DNA from: Octopus vulgaris
Taxonomy: Eukaryota
Direction: 5' to 3'
DNA: 64,000 bases
Assembly (NCBI GenBank): GCA_951406725.2
Contig: OX597814.1
Span: 209,746,001 to 209,810,000 of the forward strand
The notes below the pieces were generated by a model that was given only the letters and a program-made list of their open reading frames with translations, had not been told where the DNA came from and did not search any database. Shown here piece after piece: positions 11,113-30,071 of this stretch (within the stretch, counting starts at the first letter, position 1; each line of letters begins with the position of its first letter). The position numbers and the translations under genes are program-made.

Positions 11113-13067
11113 ATTATACATACATACACACAAACACGCCCACGTATGTATAATACGTTTGTGATTGCTTGTATAAATGCATGCATTAATATGGGAAAGA
11201 TATTTCTTATATGGCGTGGATCATTTAAATATAATATTCAGGAACCAATACTTGGAATGAAATGCTTTCAATGGTCTTGATATAAATATATGGTGCACGA
11301 ACTGGCAAATAACTAAATAGTATGTAAATCTGTATGTTTGATTTGGAACAGTCAGACAACATTCAAGTAACGATAACGATTTCACAGGATATTTAACTCT
11401 CTATCCCATTTTCATTTAAATACATAGCAATTTCAATGAAAAGCGAAACTTAGATTACATCATATCAACGGAGCCTTCTTTAAGCTTATTAATTTTATTC
11501 TATCTAGCATGAAAATGGAATATACTTGTAAGTTGGTGATTTTTTCTTTTCATATTTGTACTGAATAATCTAAAAATGATTGTGTATTCATTTATAGGTC
11601 TTTTCGTTTCTGTAACTTTTCGCTATTAGATCGTACTGTAGTAGTAGTTGTAGCTGCAGTATTATAATATTTGATGTAGTAGTAGTAGTAGTAATTCTCG
11701 TTTACTTTCTCCTGTTAATAGTATCAGCCTTAATACCCCAGTCGTCTTGTGTATTCTTATCGATATTCATTTTGTTGCTGCTGTCGTTGTACTTTTCAAC
11801 AAAAAAGAAAGGAGAATAAAAGGAGAGAAACTAAGCACCTAAGCATTGGTATCTGTCTTTTCCGCAACATTAATTAGAAAATGATGCAGTGAGACATAGG
11901 ACGATTAAAACCCTGAGAATCTATCTGTCTGTTTTCTCACACATCTGAAATAAATAGAGTCTGCGTTACTTTACAATTCGAATCTATCAATGAATGATTA
12001 ATCAGTTGATGCGGAAATAGAAGTTATGTGGTATCTGTGTCTTGGATAAAAAAAAAAAAATGTCTCAAAGTGCAATTTTATACTATTACATTCGTGCAAT
12101 CTACTATATACATAAAATAGATTCTCATCAGCAGTTTCAATTTCGTGGATAACATTCTGAATAATAGACGAAAATTTGCTTTCTCCTGGCATTCGGCGTC
12201 GCTTGGCTGTTTTCATCGAACTGCGAATGTTTTGATAGGTCAAATCCGCACTAAAGATTGTTTGGAGAACAAAGCATGGAGTCTTCAATAAACTAGTTAG
12301 AGACAGAAAATATAGATGATTTAATAAACTTTGCACAAGAGTTTGAATGTAATATGTACTAAAAAGACATTTATAGTATATTTCATGAAATATTGAAAAA
12401 AAAAAAAAAAGAGAAAAACCATTCGAATCGACGAATAGAATTTGTACTAAAATTTCAGTAGAAATTTTTATCCATGGATAAATATAAAATTACATTGAAT
12501 TAAAAGTATAAACAGAAGAAATGAATAATAAAATATTTATGTATCTTCGAAACTCTGAAATACAAGTATAATTCAACATTTATGTAACAAAATTGATTAG
12601 TATCAAACGAAGAAATGAACTTTCTTCGTATTATATTTGTGTGTGTATGTGCATTTATGTGCGTGTGTTTTGTTGGTGCTTAATGAGAACATACCAATTA
12701 CCACAGTCTTGATGTAACAAGGCTATGATAAAAGGTTTTCCGCCCTTGATTTACAATAGTAAGACATAATTTAAATGAACTTTTGTTGCTATTCTTAGCT
12801 TATGAACCATCTAATTCTCTGTGCAATAGTGAGAACAAAAACAAAATTAAATCATGCCATTTCTCGCGAAAAAAGATTTTGACAATACGTGTACACGCAT
12901 GCTTCCTAACTAGTCAAGGTTTTGACTAACTTCATAGAATTTGCTTATAATTCTAGACTGTTAGCAGCACTATTACATATGATTTAGCTCAGCTAAATAC
13001 ACAAATTGAAACAGAAACAATCTTCGTATATATACATAAATATATACGTACATCACCCACATCTCTC

Positions 13068-13341
13068 TCTTTACTTTTTACTCTTTTACTTGTTTCAGCC
13101 ATTTGACTGCGGCCATGCTGGAGCACCGCCTTTAGTCGAGCAAATCGACCCCAGGACTTATATTTGTAAACCTGGTATTTACAAGCACCACCTGTGTCGA
13201 AGAAATCGACCCAACGATTTTTTCTTTGTAAGCCTAGTACTTATTCTATCGGTCTCTTTCGCCGAACCGCTATGTTACAGGGACGTAATCACACTACCAT
13301 CAGTTGTCAAGCGATGTTGGGGGACAAACACAGACACGCAA

Positions 13342-13398
<57 letters not shown>

Positions 13399-13482
13399 CA
13401 TATACATATATACGACGGGCTTCTTTCAGTTTCCGTGTACCAAAGCCACTCACAAGGCTTTGGTCGGCCCGAGGCTATAGCA
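13068..13482 (-). mobile_element. SINE family A, head-truncated, with internal duplication
   Basis: Matches 5297-5650; the gtcga-aaatcgacccc...tttgtaa-cct-gta segment occurs twice (13135-13180 and 13196-13240). Confidence 0.85.
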
Positions 13483-15024
13483 ATGAATCATTGTTTAAAA
13501 ATAGTTATCGCTTACCTACGAAGCATGACCGGAATATTGTAAATATAATCTATAGCTAATCCAGAGGATACAGCTGTGTAGAGATCATAATCACTCTTGA
13601 TATAAATGACACTGGTGGAATATCCCTGTCAGAATGAGAAATATAATGCAAGCCAAAGAGATCAGAGCCAATGATCCTGGATGGCGGAAAGAAATTATGC
13701 ATTGTAGTGAAACCCTGATGCCAAGGAATATGGTCACAGTGTTACAGATTCATGAAAAGAAGACATCATTGCTGAATTAATGAGATATCTTCAGTAACTT
13801 CCTCCAGACAAGTAATTTATTTATGTGCCGATAATCATTGCAGGACATGGATACATGACTAAATTTATCAGCCCATATCTTTCAGAGCCTGAGGTTTAAA
13901 GGAAAAAAATTAAATAGAAGAATATGAAGAACACGGCTAATTAGAAAACTACAGAGGGCACCAGTTACTAATTTCATTCAAAGAATATGTGGAACATACA
14001 AGAGGTTTAGCATGCAGTAATTGAACATACACATGCACAGCATAAACATGCAAACAGGTCAACCCGTACAGGTTCACTTAAGTTATATGAATGCTTAAAC
14101 ATATATGTGCGTGTACATAGATACATACATATTGCAAATAGCATAAAAGATGACGACATTGATGTTTAAATTCCAATGGAAAAGAGTTGTATCTCACTAA
14201 ACCTACCACTATTTCCATTTGATGAGAAATTAAAAGCAAAACAAACCAAATAAGTATACACGAATATTCATACATGTACGTACATGCTGTCAGAGAATCA
14301 TATATAAATGACAGATGTGCATTAAGTTATTTAAATAATTTAGAAGCGTTTTTGAATATAAATAGTATGTTTATTGTCTCATTCTGTGAAACATTTATCA
14401 TGCTAACGCAACCTCTAACTTTTCCATTTTCAGCACTTTTGTAATTCCTTTTCTTCTGTAGATGATATGCTTTAGAGAACAAATATCTTAACACCCGTTT
14501 GTCATTTATGAAGATTAGAATTTATGATATTGTTGGAGATCTATCTAGGCTTTTCCTGTGCACGATTCAAAAAAAAATTTAAGTAGTTTCTGCCAAAGTA
14601 GCTTCTGGTATTTGTGTGTATGTGAATCTTTTACGTATTCATATATGTTGGTACATATGCAAATAAACATGCATTCATGTAATATAGCCCTTTATGAAAT
14701 TAAAGTACACAAATATGTGCTACAATAGTGTTTATGTATAAATGTGTTCACGCACGTATGCATGTGTGTGTGCCTATATGAACATGCAATTAACTGCACA
14801 TTTTTATCCTGGAAACTCAAGTGGAAAATTGCTGGATTTTTATGAAATGGCCACTGTACTACTAATCGATTGCATCTAAAGAATGCAAACCTGTTTGCTT
14901 TGCCTTTTCTTGGTTAATCCCTACATTACATTTCTCATTAGCTCGCCAGAAATCTATATTTCTTTAATTTAAATGAATGTTCTACTTCAGCTGGTAAGGT
15001 GAACTTTAAATCATCATTTCTGTT

Positions 15025-15614
15025 ATAGAGGCACAAGGCGTAAACTTTATGGGAGGGGGGCTAGTCGATTTCATTGACTCCAGTGTTCAAGTGGTACTTA
15101 CTTAATCGACCCCGAAAGGATGAAAGACAAAGTCTACCCTAGCGGAATTTGAACTTTAGAACATAGCGACAGGCGAAATACCGCTAAGCATTTCGTCCAC
15201 TGCGCTAACGATTCTTATTTCTTTACTGCTCACAAGGGGCTACGCCCAGAGGGCACAAACAAGGACAGACAAACGGATTAAGTTGATTATATTGACCCCA
15301 GTGTGTAACTGGTACCGCTAAGCATTTCGCCTGGCGTGCTAACGTTTCTGCCAGCTCGCCGCCTTCGACAGGCGAAATGCCTATTTCTTTACTACCCACA
15401 AGGGGCTAAACACAGAGAGGACAAACAAGGACAGACAAACGGATTAAGTTGATAATATCGACCCCAGCGCATAATTGGTACTTATTTAATTGACCCCAAA
15501 AGGATGACAAGTAAAGTCGACCTCGGCGGAATTTGAACTCAGAACGTAACGGCTGACGAAATACAGCTAAGCATTTCGTCCAGTGCGCTAACGTTTCTGC
15601 CAGCTCGCTGCCTT
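15025..15614 (-). mobile_element. Cluster of three partial/complete SINE family B copies in tandem
   Basis: Repeated blocks cccgaaaggatgaaa..aaagtc.acct.gcggaatttgaact, ccgctaagcatttcg...gctaacg and ctttact..cacaaggggcta...ggacagacaaacggattaag. Confidence 0.85.
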
Positions 15615-16152
15615 TGATAATGCACGTATTTTCTTTGCTGAGTCGATGAAAAATATCAGACTTAAAGCGTCTCTTCTAATTTGCTGTACATTTCTTCAAA
15701 TATTTCACCAAGAATATTCATTTTTAATGCCGCGAATGTATTAATGACACAGCGGACATTTTTATCGGAAAATGGAATTTAAGAGGTATCCACCTACTTT
15801 TGAGCAAGTATTTAGTTGCTTACTTCTCCGAAAGTACATCATTCTAGGCGAGATGTGCTATATTTCTCATGAATCCAGGAGAATTTACTCTTCTTACTAA
15901 TGTTATCGACATTAATTTCCTTGCAAGAAATGCACTCATGCATAAACTTCTGTTGATTTGATGATATTCTCCTCCAGGATTCTTTATAAGTAGGTTGTCT
16001 TCTAATCTCACTATGTTGTTTATAATGCTGTATACACATGATACACACGTAGTCTATGTATATTTGCATGTATATATTAATGCATATATGTCTGTAGCTA
16101 TTCGTCCATCCGTCCACCCCTTTCACTCCCTGTCTGATTCTGTCTCTATCTT

Positions 16153-16476
<324 letters not shown>

Positions 16477-16634
16477 TTGTCTGCCTGTCTGTCTGTCTGT
16501 TTGTCTATCTATCTTTCTATGTATATATTTATATGTACATATACCAAACTAACACCCATAGATACACAGTGGTACATACATAGGTATATATATTTATACA
16601 TATATTTAAAAACACATACATATAATAAATATTG

Positions 16635-16678
<44 letters not shown>

Positions 16679-17444
16679 TATATGTATATATACATATATA
16701 TGTATATATCAAGTATGTGTGCGCGTTTTCTCGTATATATGTACATATATGGTCATAAGGCTCTGGAAAACATTACATGCAGTTAAATAAGCTCCTTATT
16801 GTACTTCTCTCAGAAGAATATTTCAAAGAACTTTATAGAGCAAAATGGCCCCAATAAATGAAAGATATTATCTAATGTGAATAAACTCATGAATCTCCAT
16901 AAACTTTAAATGTGCTCTCAGTGTGCTAAAAATCTAGATAACTCGATACGCTAATTAGTTTGAAATGGAACAGTAATGGGAAAAAAAACTTTAATATAAA
17001 TTGCGCAATTGATTGAATTTGGCAAAATCGATTATAAGTAAATAAATACGAGCTTTATTATCAATGCTATTACTTTTATTTCTAACGATTTTTCTGTTAT
17101 ATAGTAGTGAAATATTTCGTTTTATTGCTTTCTTGTAAATGAAATTTGTATGAAAATTATCTCGCCAAAAGACTTTTATACACACATATACATACAGACC
17201 AGCACCTAAACACTCATGTACGCACACCTCCGTACTAGCGCATTCAATATAAACACGCAAACACACACACATATGTAAATGTCGGTATATGTGCAGAGCT
17301 ACAAATATAATTGATAAATATATGTTATACATGCAATAAGCAATCCTAATTTTTGATCTAGCTGAGAGAGAAATACATACACATACACATATTTGTGTGT
17401 GTGTATGTATAGATAATGTATGTCCATGTATACATATACAAAAA

Positions 17445-17476
<32 letters not shown>

Positions 17477-17551
17477 AATAATAATAAAATATAATATATA
17501 TATATATATATATATGTATAACATATATATATATATGTATATATATACATA

Positions 17552-17582
<31 letters not shown>

Positions 17583-17622
17583 TATGTATACACACACACA
17601 CGCACATATACATATATATGTG

Positions 17623-17703
<81 letters not shown>

Positions 17704-17721
17704 ACACGCACACACACGCAC

Positions 17722-17775
<54 letters not shown>

Positions 17776-20700
17776 TACGTATGTACGTATGTGTGTGTTT
17801 ACTACATAGTACGTCTAGTAATTAAGGAGCGATTAATATCTATGAGTATGTGCACATTTTCTAAAATGTTCCTCTTTATCTTCAGTTATGTATTCATAAA
17901 TGGAGAAAATTTGTTTTCGTATTTAAATATGTGAAATTTGCTAAATTACTACATATAATCTATATAAATGCCATATTTCACAGTTATGTGTTGTCAGTAG
18001 CCTAAAGGCATATTTTGAGTTCAGAATATACACATGAATATTTTTCTCTTGCACAGTAGTATCTAGTTTTTAGATTAAAGCGAACAAGTCCACACCGCTT
18101 CTTCAATAATTTAGATAATGTAAAAACTATAGTTTAGACTACGTTCAGATGATGCTCTGTATGAACGCATATGGCTTGTAACTTTTAGGAGCAGGGTGTG
18201 AATATAGTTTTCAGTGCTGTCTTGGAGAATGAACCGTTAGAATATATAAGTCAATGGAAAGGATGGGCAACAGGTAAATTTGAATGCACAGCTATCTAGA
18301 TGCATGAAGTATTTATAATTGTGACGTAGAGAAGAGACAGTATATCAGTCTGGTAATTCTTGCATTGTGTTGGCCGTGCTTTTCTTTACTGTGGAACTCT
18401 ATTTTCCGTACGAGGTAAGTGAACAGTATATCACAGTGAATGCGGTTTCATGTTCGAAAAAAAGATCAAAGCAGAAGATGCTCAGTTTTTATGGGGTTTT
18501 TTAATGCAGTTTTGGCTGTGTTATATGTGGCAATGCTGATTCTACCTGCTTCTTCCATCTTTGATTCTTTCCTATCGTCATTCTCATAAGTTTCTATCAT
18601 TTTAATTTTCTGTTTTATGAGAAAATAAAAGTTGTGACGTATCCCATATTTGCACAATTTAGGGGTGTCATTGCTATCATTAGAAACTTGCGGGGGCTTT
18701 CACGAGTAGTGAAAATGTACTGTATTTTATTGGTAAGTATCGAAAATATGTTTCCGCTGTTCATTGAGACTAAGTTATCATGTTTTTGTTGCTTGATATT
18801 TTGAGGAGCTTCATTTGGAAATAATTCAAATCTGTTAATGCTGTGCAGGTTGCTTGCAATAACATCTGGACATAGGAGGTTAAAGTTAAATGCAAGTGTG
18901 CATCATATGCATGGCAGAGAGTGTTAACAGAAGTAATACATAATAGGCTTTTAATGTACATTCAACGAATGAAAAATATGAATGGAGTATAAATCCCAGT
19001 ATACAGATCAGAGATCGCCATCGGTTGACGATGACCAACAACTAACTCATATCGAAGAATGGAAAATTACATTAAACTAACTCGCTGGCAGAAAACTAGG
19101 GTTATAATCTGAATACAATTGGAGATTTTGCCGAACGCTCCACGGACCAAAAAAGATCTAACGAATATATAATGCAGAAGTGCATTTTCTACTGTATGTC
19201 TTTGTCGAGAGAAATCGAGAAAAAATATAACCTGAAAATAATGAAGAAGGTTCATGTATATAAGAATAGATGAGATGATAAAAATTAGAGTGATACATCT
19301 GTGGTTGCCAGCTTTGAGACATTAATCTATTTGGAAATGCAATACATATCTCCATTTCCAGAACCTGGAGCGAATCTAGGTAACGAGTGACAAACTGAGA
19401 TGTATAAAGATGCGACTGAAAATTGCCGTTTCAACTGTGGCATTAAGAGAAGGAAATTTTCTTACTTATCAACTGCAACATGATTTGATGACTGAAATAG
19501 AATCTACAAGCTATATTATCCAAAGTTATTACAGATAATCGTGACAAGGGTGTATGAGGCCATATCTTACTCAGATAGCAGAATATCCAGCTTGTAGAAG
19601 GGACTAATTCTTTGTTTTCATGGTTGTCATTTTGGACCAATAATTACATTCCCATTGGCGATGATGATGATGATGATGGGGAACAACAGAAAATGTAGTC
19701 AGAGCCTTCGGCTATTTTATCACAGTCCTATTGAAAATAGTACAGTCGTGCGTGTGATCTTTGCATGTAAGATGGTTGTGAAAAGGTGTCATGAAAGAAG
19801 TTATCAGATAACTGCTATCTGTTTGTACTTGGCTAGAAATGAAGCCTATTTGTTGCTAATAGTAAACAACACGAGAACGTGAACATCACTTACATAACCT
19901 GAAATTCCAAAGGACTTGGTCGGAAGACGAATATGTACGGTCCGTTGATATGTTTTGGCTTGCTTGATTATTAATGAGAATAGTGACTGAGTAAATGAAA
20001 AGACTGAAGACTAATTTAGATCTTAGGAAGAAATTGGATTATATAGATCAGTACGGCAACCAAATCTACACCAACATTATCGACATAGTCACTGCAGAAA
20101 TCAGAGAAATGGTGCTTTATGAATATTGAAGTGAGCAAACGTAATGACTTGAAATAGATGTCCCAAATGTAAAGTGAGGAAGAATCGAAAACATGCTGGC
20201 AATTAGGAGAGTTCGGAGAGCAGTAGGAACAAAAGATGATATTAGGGAGGACTAACGAAGAGAAATGAACCAGTTAAATTATTGGAAATATATTAGAAAA
20301 TATTGGTAATAGCAGAACACTATTTTGCAGACAAGGTGGATAAATTCCTTTAAAATATTACTTCAGATGCTTAGATTCCTTATTAATATTACTGATTGCG
20401 TACTTGGTGAGTCACTCTTTTACACATCTTTATATGATTTATACAAATATAAATACGTAGATGTCTCATATGGCGCAAGTACGAGCATAAATATATATTT
20501 TATTGACTTTCACTGGTCATTCCATTTTTCAAAATATTGATATTTTATAAATTTTTTCAATATTTTTATTTGACTTAATTAAGCTTTCCTGATTCACACT
20601 ATAAATACTAAGAGTGTAAGAAAATGCTTGGTAATTTGTTCTGTTGTATTGATTGTGTGTGGACTATTTATTACCCGTTGTGTGTTTGAACGGGAATACA

Positions 20701-21091
20701 AATATAATTTCTATTTCGCATACTTTCCATGTAAAAACGTTGTAACCGTCGACATAAACTGAAATTCAGATGGTGTTGTTTGATGGAATGTAGATCCTGT
20801 AAAAACAATGAACCGTCCCGTCCATTTTGAATGAAACCTGATAAGAATAGTTGGTAGTGGAAAATAAAGATTAACTGACTGGATTATTCATTTAAAATTC
20901 AATCTCCGCCGCCATATTTTGATTTTCACGGTCAAAAATTTCAAAGAGTTATAAATTGCTCTCTTCCTAAAATATAAAGACATCTACGCACCTTGAGGCA
21001 ATACAAACATACATCAGTAAAACAGTAATTTTCGTTATATGTACGAATAAGTAAATACAAAAAAATAAAGCAAAATCATCATACAAGTACT

Positions 21092-21097
21092 TTTATT
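21092..21097 (-). promoter_or_regulatory. Candidate polyadenylation signal of the nAChR-like gene
   Basis: Minus strand reads AATAAA followed about 20 nt later by a U/GU-rich tract (ttttgctttatttttttgtatttact). It lies near the distal end of the SINE-free stretch downstream of the stop codon. Other AATAAA hexamers exist, so this is not unique. Confidence 0.35.
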
Positions 21098-21377
21098 TCA
21101 GGTCAACATATGGTTGCAAATGGCATACAAAATTTTGCCCATGGCACAGATCTTTTCAGAAAAGTTTGTCTACTTGTGTTCAAATCGTGGCTCGGAGATA
21201 AAATGTATACAAACATAAATACGTAAATGCACCATTTTTGCGCAAATGCGAACATAATCTCACACATACATGTACACATAAATATAGATGCATGCATACA
21301 TATGCAGGAAGATACATGGAAAAACATGTATGCATAGACACGCATGAATACGTTACAATATATACATATATGCAAAT

Positions 21378-21422
<45 letters not shown>

Positions 21423-21459
21423 GTATGTATATATATATGTATATATAAGTATGTATATA

Positions 21460-21526
<67 letters not shown>

Positions 21527-22169
21527 ATATATATATATGTACACGAATAGTATACTTATATTTGTATGTATGCATTTATAACCAAAATAACAGATGTGAC
21601 AGTTGTCATTAATACAAATATGAAAAAAATTGTCTGTACTACTATTCAAACCTCAAACTACTTACAGGCTGAGTATAAAATGAGATGAATGATACAACTT
21701 TGTTATATCATATTACAAACATTTCATATCAATTCCGCCATATATTCTCTTAAATATAAAAAAAACAGAACACGCAAAATTTATTAAAAAAAAAAATTAT
21801 ACATTTGAACCACGTGAAACACATTTAGACAGGAAATCATATGTTATTTCTTTACCTGTATTTATTGAAAATTCTTGCAATCGTTTTTTTTTTGTTTATC
21901 ATATGTTAGTTTGTACAAAGTATTAATATGGTTCTTTGTTATACCTTTACCATGTGCAGTGAGAGCATAACAAATATGTTTGCTATCAAAAGTCAGATAG
22001 ATGCTATATTTGCGTTAAATCATTTGCTAAACGTCTTCGCACGTCTCTTAAAAATAAAATACTCATCGCTCGGAATCAACCAAAAATTTCATGTATAAAG
22101 TAAATGATAAAATCGCGTATATGTATATGTATATGTATGTATGCATGTATGCATGTATGCATGTATGTA

Positions 22170-22221
<52 letters not shown>

Positions 22222-22954
22222 CACATATATTCATATATATGTGTATATATATGAACATGTTTGAACATATATATAAATATAAATATGTGATTAAAAAATT
22301 GACACAAATATTATGTGTAACTTACACGTACACATATATGTCTTAATATATTTAATTATATGTTATACGTATGCATATATATTAATATATACACAAATAT
22401 ATATACATATATACATGCATATATATGCATATATAAACAAATTTATTCTCATTCTGTATATACATGCATATTACACACGTTTAAATGTAAGATAGCATAT
22501 GTATGTGTCTGTGTATGCAGGAATGTGATTGCGTAATATACGTAAACATTATGCGTATATTTATATACTTAAGCTTCTCACTAATATACATACCCATTCA
22601 TTCACGCATAGACACATTATAAATAACATTATAAATAACACTATAACTATTATATGAATTATTTCAAACAATATATGGACATAAAGAAGACCACACATCC
22701 ATATATAGTCATATGCTTGCTGACGTTCATATAGACATCCATACAGATGTTTTAATAATATACATACACTTGTGTAAGGGAATATACATACGTACATTTT
22801 CAATATGTGTATATATGTATGTATATATGCATATACACACACACAAACACATATATATAAATGTATATATATACACACTCATGCTTACGTGTATAATATA
22901 CACGTACTCATATATACATATACACATATATGTATACTTTTATATATATGTATA

Positions 22955-23101
<147 letters not shown>

Positions 23102-23529
23102 GTAGTTTTATGAGCTCGGTTCACTCAAATACACACATTTCCAAGCATAAATAACGGTGCAAATATGTTTATTTGTGTATACATTTGCTTCTGAGTTTCA
23201 ATGTTTTGGTCTGAATATATCTAAATTATGTGAATTATAATAGTGAACTTCTTTATGTATATATTCGTATGTGTATCCATGCCTCCACTCGTATATAAAT
23301 CGATATACATAACCTGTTTATAATTGTGCAAACATTCCATATCAGCTTATATGTATATATGTATATCTACATACATTCATACAGATACACACCTACAAAG
23401 ACACACACACACACATACATGCTTATATATATATATACTCACACGTGCACACACACATATATATATGCATATATATGTATATATTTTAATGTAAATCTAT
23501 TTGCATACACGCCCACTCTTGTGTACGGC

Positions 23530-23579
<50 letters not shown>

Positions 23580-23636
23580 TTATATGTGTATGTATATATA
23601 TACACATACCTAAATAAATATTTAAATCGTTATATA

Positions 23637-23679
<43 letters not shown>

Positions 23680-23825
23680 TTATACATTTATATATGTACA
23701 TTTATGTATATAATAAACATGTTATTATATAACATGTTATTATTATATAACATGTTTATTAACACTTAAATGAAAGTATATTTAGCGATATATATATATG
23801 TATATATATATATACATATGTATAC

Positions 23826-23864
<39 letters not shown>

Positions 23865-23953
23865 TGTGCAACTTAACTTATCAGTTATCAATTATACAGA
23901 TGATATATTTCTAATTGTATTACGTTTCTTGTGCATATGTACTTATGTATATA

Positions 23954-24020
<67 letters not shown>

Positions 24021-24565
24021 TATGTGTATTTAGACATATATATATGCATGCATGTATGTTTGCATATATATATATATATATATGCATATAGATAGTTACA
24101 TATTTTCTTTCAAAAATGTTTACGCATATTTACTTTTATTTAAAAGCTCCTTGTAGACCTGGTTTAGCAAAACAATCCAATCGAGCATAAAATCTCAACG
24201 TAAGTCAATTGTAATGAGATATCTTTTGAAGCAGTCTGATGCAGTCTGTGTCTTAATTGTTTTATAATCCATTATATATGAACCAGGATAGAAAAAAAAA
24301 GGATCACAATCAAAAAAAAAAAAACCACAAGTATTCGTTATAGTAAACAGAAACAGGGAAGCATTAAAAATCGGTATTTTTTTGTTTTACAAAAAAAAAA
24401 AAAAATTAATCACTTATGTATCAAATTTAAATCCCGTTAGTTATCAACATGAATAAAATTTCATCCAACGTAAACGAAAACGAAGTCCTTGTTTCAATTG
24501 TTATCTTGTTTATATTTATTTTCAGTTCTGTGTTATGCAACTGTTCTGGTTTTCATATCTGAAGT

Positions 24566-24607
<42 letters not shown>

Positions 24608-25501
24608 GTAATAATAATAATAATAATAATAGTAGTAATAATAATAATTCTTATTATCATCAATGTGAAAGGGCTTATATATATATATATATTGTTTCGA
24701 AATTATAATTTCCATGTAATAATATTTACTGTTAAGATCCATGAGAACTAAGCAAAATGTCTTCATATTCTTCATTCAGTTTTATGAGAAATAAAAAAGG
24801 TACAATACAGATTTCATCACCCCTCTTACAACACATGTTCATCTTGAAAAGTTTTCATCATTCGAATTTCCCATCATAATTGTAAATAATTTTTAATGGG
24901 TAGATTTCTTTATTTCTTTTTTTACATTCTTTGGCGTGTAAAAAATCACATCTATATGTCACAAAGATGGCGTCTCTTCATTTTACAATGGCGTTTACAT
25001 TTTACTCACAACATGTAAATTACAATTTAAGTTTTTGCCATACGCGTTTGTCGCACCCGCTTTTTCTTTGGTTTGTAATTCTTTCCAATATTAATGGCAT
25101 TGATATTAATATTGCGAGGCCATGATCATATTCGAATCGGACAGAATCCATGGTCTATTTTATGTAACATTTTATGATTTTATAATGCTGTCAAAAATCA
25201 TCATAATAATTCATTTAAAATAATTCTGTAAAGTTTCTCGTAAAAGGAAGGTTCATTTAGAACTCTAAATAGAGATAAAACACAAAGAAGCTTTTAGAAA
25301 ACAAAAAGCGATCGAAGTAACCCACAACATAATTCCATTGCTTATCATCATCATGTAATGTTAATTTTAAAACAAACATATAATTAAAAATGTAACATAA
25401 ATATAGTACAGGGACACTCACACACGCCCACGCGTACACATGCATATAAATACATATCTATACGTTTACTTATATATATGTGTGTGTTTGTATATATATA
25501 T

Positions 25502-25653
<152 letters not shown>

Positions 25654-25909
25654 CATACACACATACACACACACAGACACACACCCATATATATATATTC
25701 ATACACAAATATTATTTCAGAAATTGCTTATAAATATAATAAAATATGGTGGTGCGTGCTACTACATATAAAACCTAATTGTCCATACATGTCGATAGAT
25801 ATGTAGGTTTGTATGATTTACGTAGGAGTATATTCATGACTTTATGCTTGTATGGGATAATATATTGGCGTGCGGTTATACGAATTTGTATATGAATGCT
25901 AATACTGTT

Positions 25910-26079
<170 letters not shown>

Positions 26080-26779
26080 CGCGTGTGCGTGTATTCCTGT
26101 GTGAAAATATTATACATTTTTCCAAGACACAATAAGTGTTTTTCATAGTTGTAATAGAACTATAGAAGTAGATCTATTTTGTGGATGATGCAAATATCAA
26201 AGAAGGGAACAGTTCCCCCTTCTGTAGCATCATGTAGCGATAGTACATCGCCTTGTTAATTTTCTATGATTGTCACTATTTCAGCTAAGTAAACTTAATC
26301 AGTAATCCCGAAATAACGAAATCTACAGCAACTATATTAAGCGTAACAATATTATTATCAACAGTAATATTATTATCTATTGTATTCTCATTACTATAAT
26401 TAGTGGTCAAAATGTTAATTGTTACATTAGTTATTTGGATAAGAGTTCTTCTGTATTTAGTTCTTAGTTCAAATATTGCCTCAGTTCGCTGTAACTTAAT
26501 TTGGTGAAACCTATTTCAATGATTTTCGCAGTATGAAAAGAAAAGTTATTGTTTCTTTAGATATTGAACTCTGAACGTAAGAGTTACAGAGAAAAAATGT
26601 TATGTGGAGTATTAAATTACTATTCCTCTCTGATGTGCAGCACCTCTGCATCCTTGGTTTAAGGGGACAAAATGAAAGAAAAGAATTATATGAAAAGGAA
26701 ACAATTAGAAGCGGGATAATTTAATTACCATAATCATTAACAATATTATTTATGTATTGGACTACATTTATAATGTTTA

Positions 26780-28430
<1,651 letters not shown>

Positions 28431-30010
28431 CTTCTCCCGTTTGTATTATTTTTTTAATATTTTACTTTCCATTCTAAACCATTCACAGCTATTTAAGGAA
28501 TTAGTGAGATATATGTTTAAAACCTGCCTTATATCTAGCAATATAAAAATTCCAATCTTTTAAAGAGCATAACTCGGATAACATACTGGAATTCTGAAAC
28601 AGAGCATGAGAAATGTACATAGAATTTGTGTATATTCCGACTTAACCCTTGTGCATATGTGATATGTCTGAAAGGAACTAGCTAGAGCGGGTATTGATAA
28701 CGCTCTACCAGAATATCGCATTCGAATATCAGTTACCTTCTCAATAAAGAGTAAGTGTTGGTAATTGGATGCTAAAAAAACTTAGCAAAATTTCCCTACT
28801 GTTCGAATGTTTTGATTCAGCCAAATATGACTACATACTTTACTCCGCAGTTGGGTACATAATGTGCTAGGTTTTGATACAAATGGTTATATCTGCATAC
28901 TGCTAAGAAATGCCTTGTCTAAGATATAGTCATGGTTCTATAGTTTTATTTTTGTATCCACAATAACGTACCAGCCTATCCGTCAAAGTTTACCCGATGA
29001 CATTGCAGGAAAAATAACTTCATGTTATCCCTATTAGAAAATAATGTACTCCCGTTTGAGATCGTCCATTAAATATCAGGTGTTTTCTATAACGTCAAAT
29101 ACACGCTATATAAAACACACCAACATATTTATATACAAACACTTATATAGATCTATATGTACACGCTTATTACTTTCTGAAACTTCACATTTAAAAATTA
29201 AGGCTTAGGCGTGGTTGTCCTGTAAGGAGATTAATATGTGATTCAAAGAAAACTTCAGCTTGCCTATACAGATATGTATAGTCATAGAAATCTTTCTAAG
29301 AGTAGCTAACAATATTTAGTTATTGTTATCTCAGTTTCTTTAAGAATACTGACAATCATGATAAATAGTAATATGAATAAGCGTTACACTAATGACCTAA
29401 TATATATTACCAGTGGAATTACCATTGTATGAATATGATGACCGACACCATGTATATTATCGTTATTTTTGTCAAAGATGATGTGGGATTCGTAGTTGAT
29501 GATAATATGTCTGATGGCACTTCAGGAGAGGAAGGACGAAAGAGGAAATATTTACGATGAAAGCAATTATAGTTGTAATTGTGTCTTCTATACCTGTAAT
29601 GGTGGCGATGATGATGGCAATGCTGTTAATATAAAGTAATGAACTTGATGAAGAAGTAAATATCTCTCTTAATTTAGTAATTCGGAATTTTACGTCGATG
29701 TGCAATTAAAAAGAAATAAGGAATAAGGGAACACAAAAAAAGATAAAGGGAGATAAGTGGAGAGAGGGAGAGAGAAAGAGAGTGTGATAGGGAGAGATAG
29801 AGAGGGAGAGGAAATAACATAGTTGCAAAGCGATTCTTCACCGTGTGATTTTTCAGTTAATAATGATGTAAATTTACAGTTAAAACGATAACCTACACAT
29901 TTGACTGATACATTGCATCTATGACATTGCTATGTAGTTCTATGTATATTGTTATTGTAGTTCTATGTATATTGATAAATGCAAACATGTTTAACACGTT
30001 CTATAAATGA

Positions 30011-30071
<61 letters not shown>

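Noticed and set aside
18466-18657. Possible Tigger/pogo CENP-B-type HTH relic (IKQKIKMIETYENDDRK) within unexplained 18-20.3 kb sequence
   Set aside because: Similarity is too short and no TIRs or DDE motifs were seen; probably an old TE but unclassifiable by eye.
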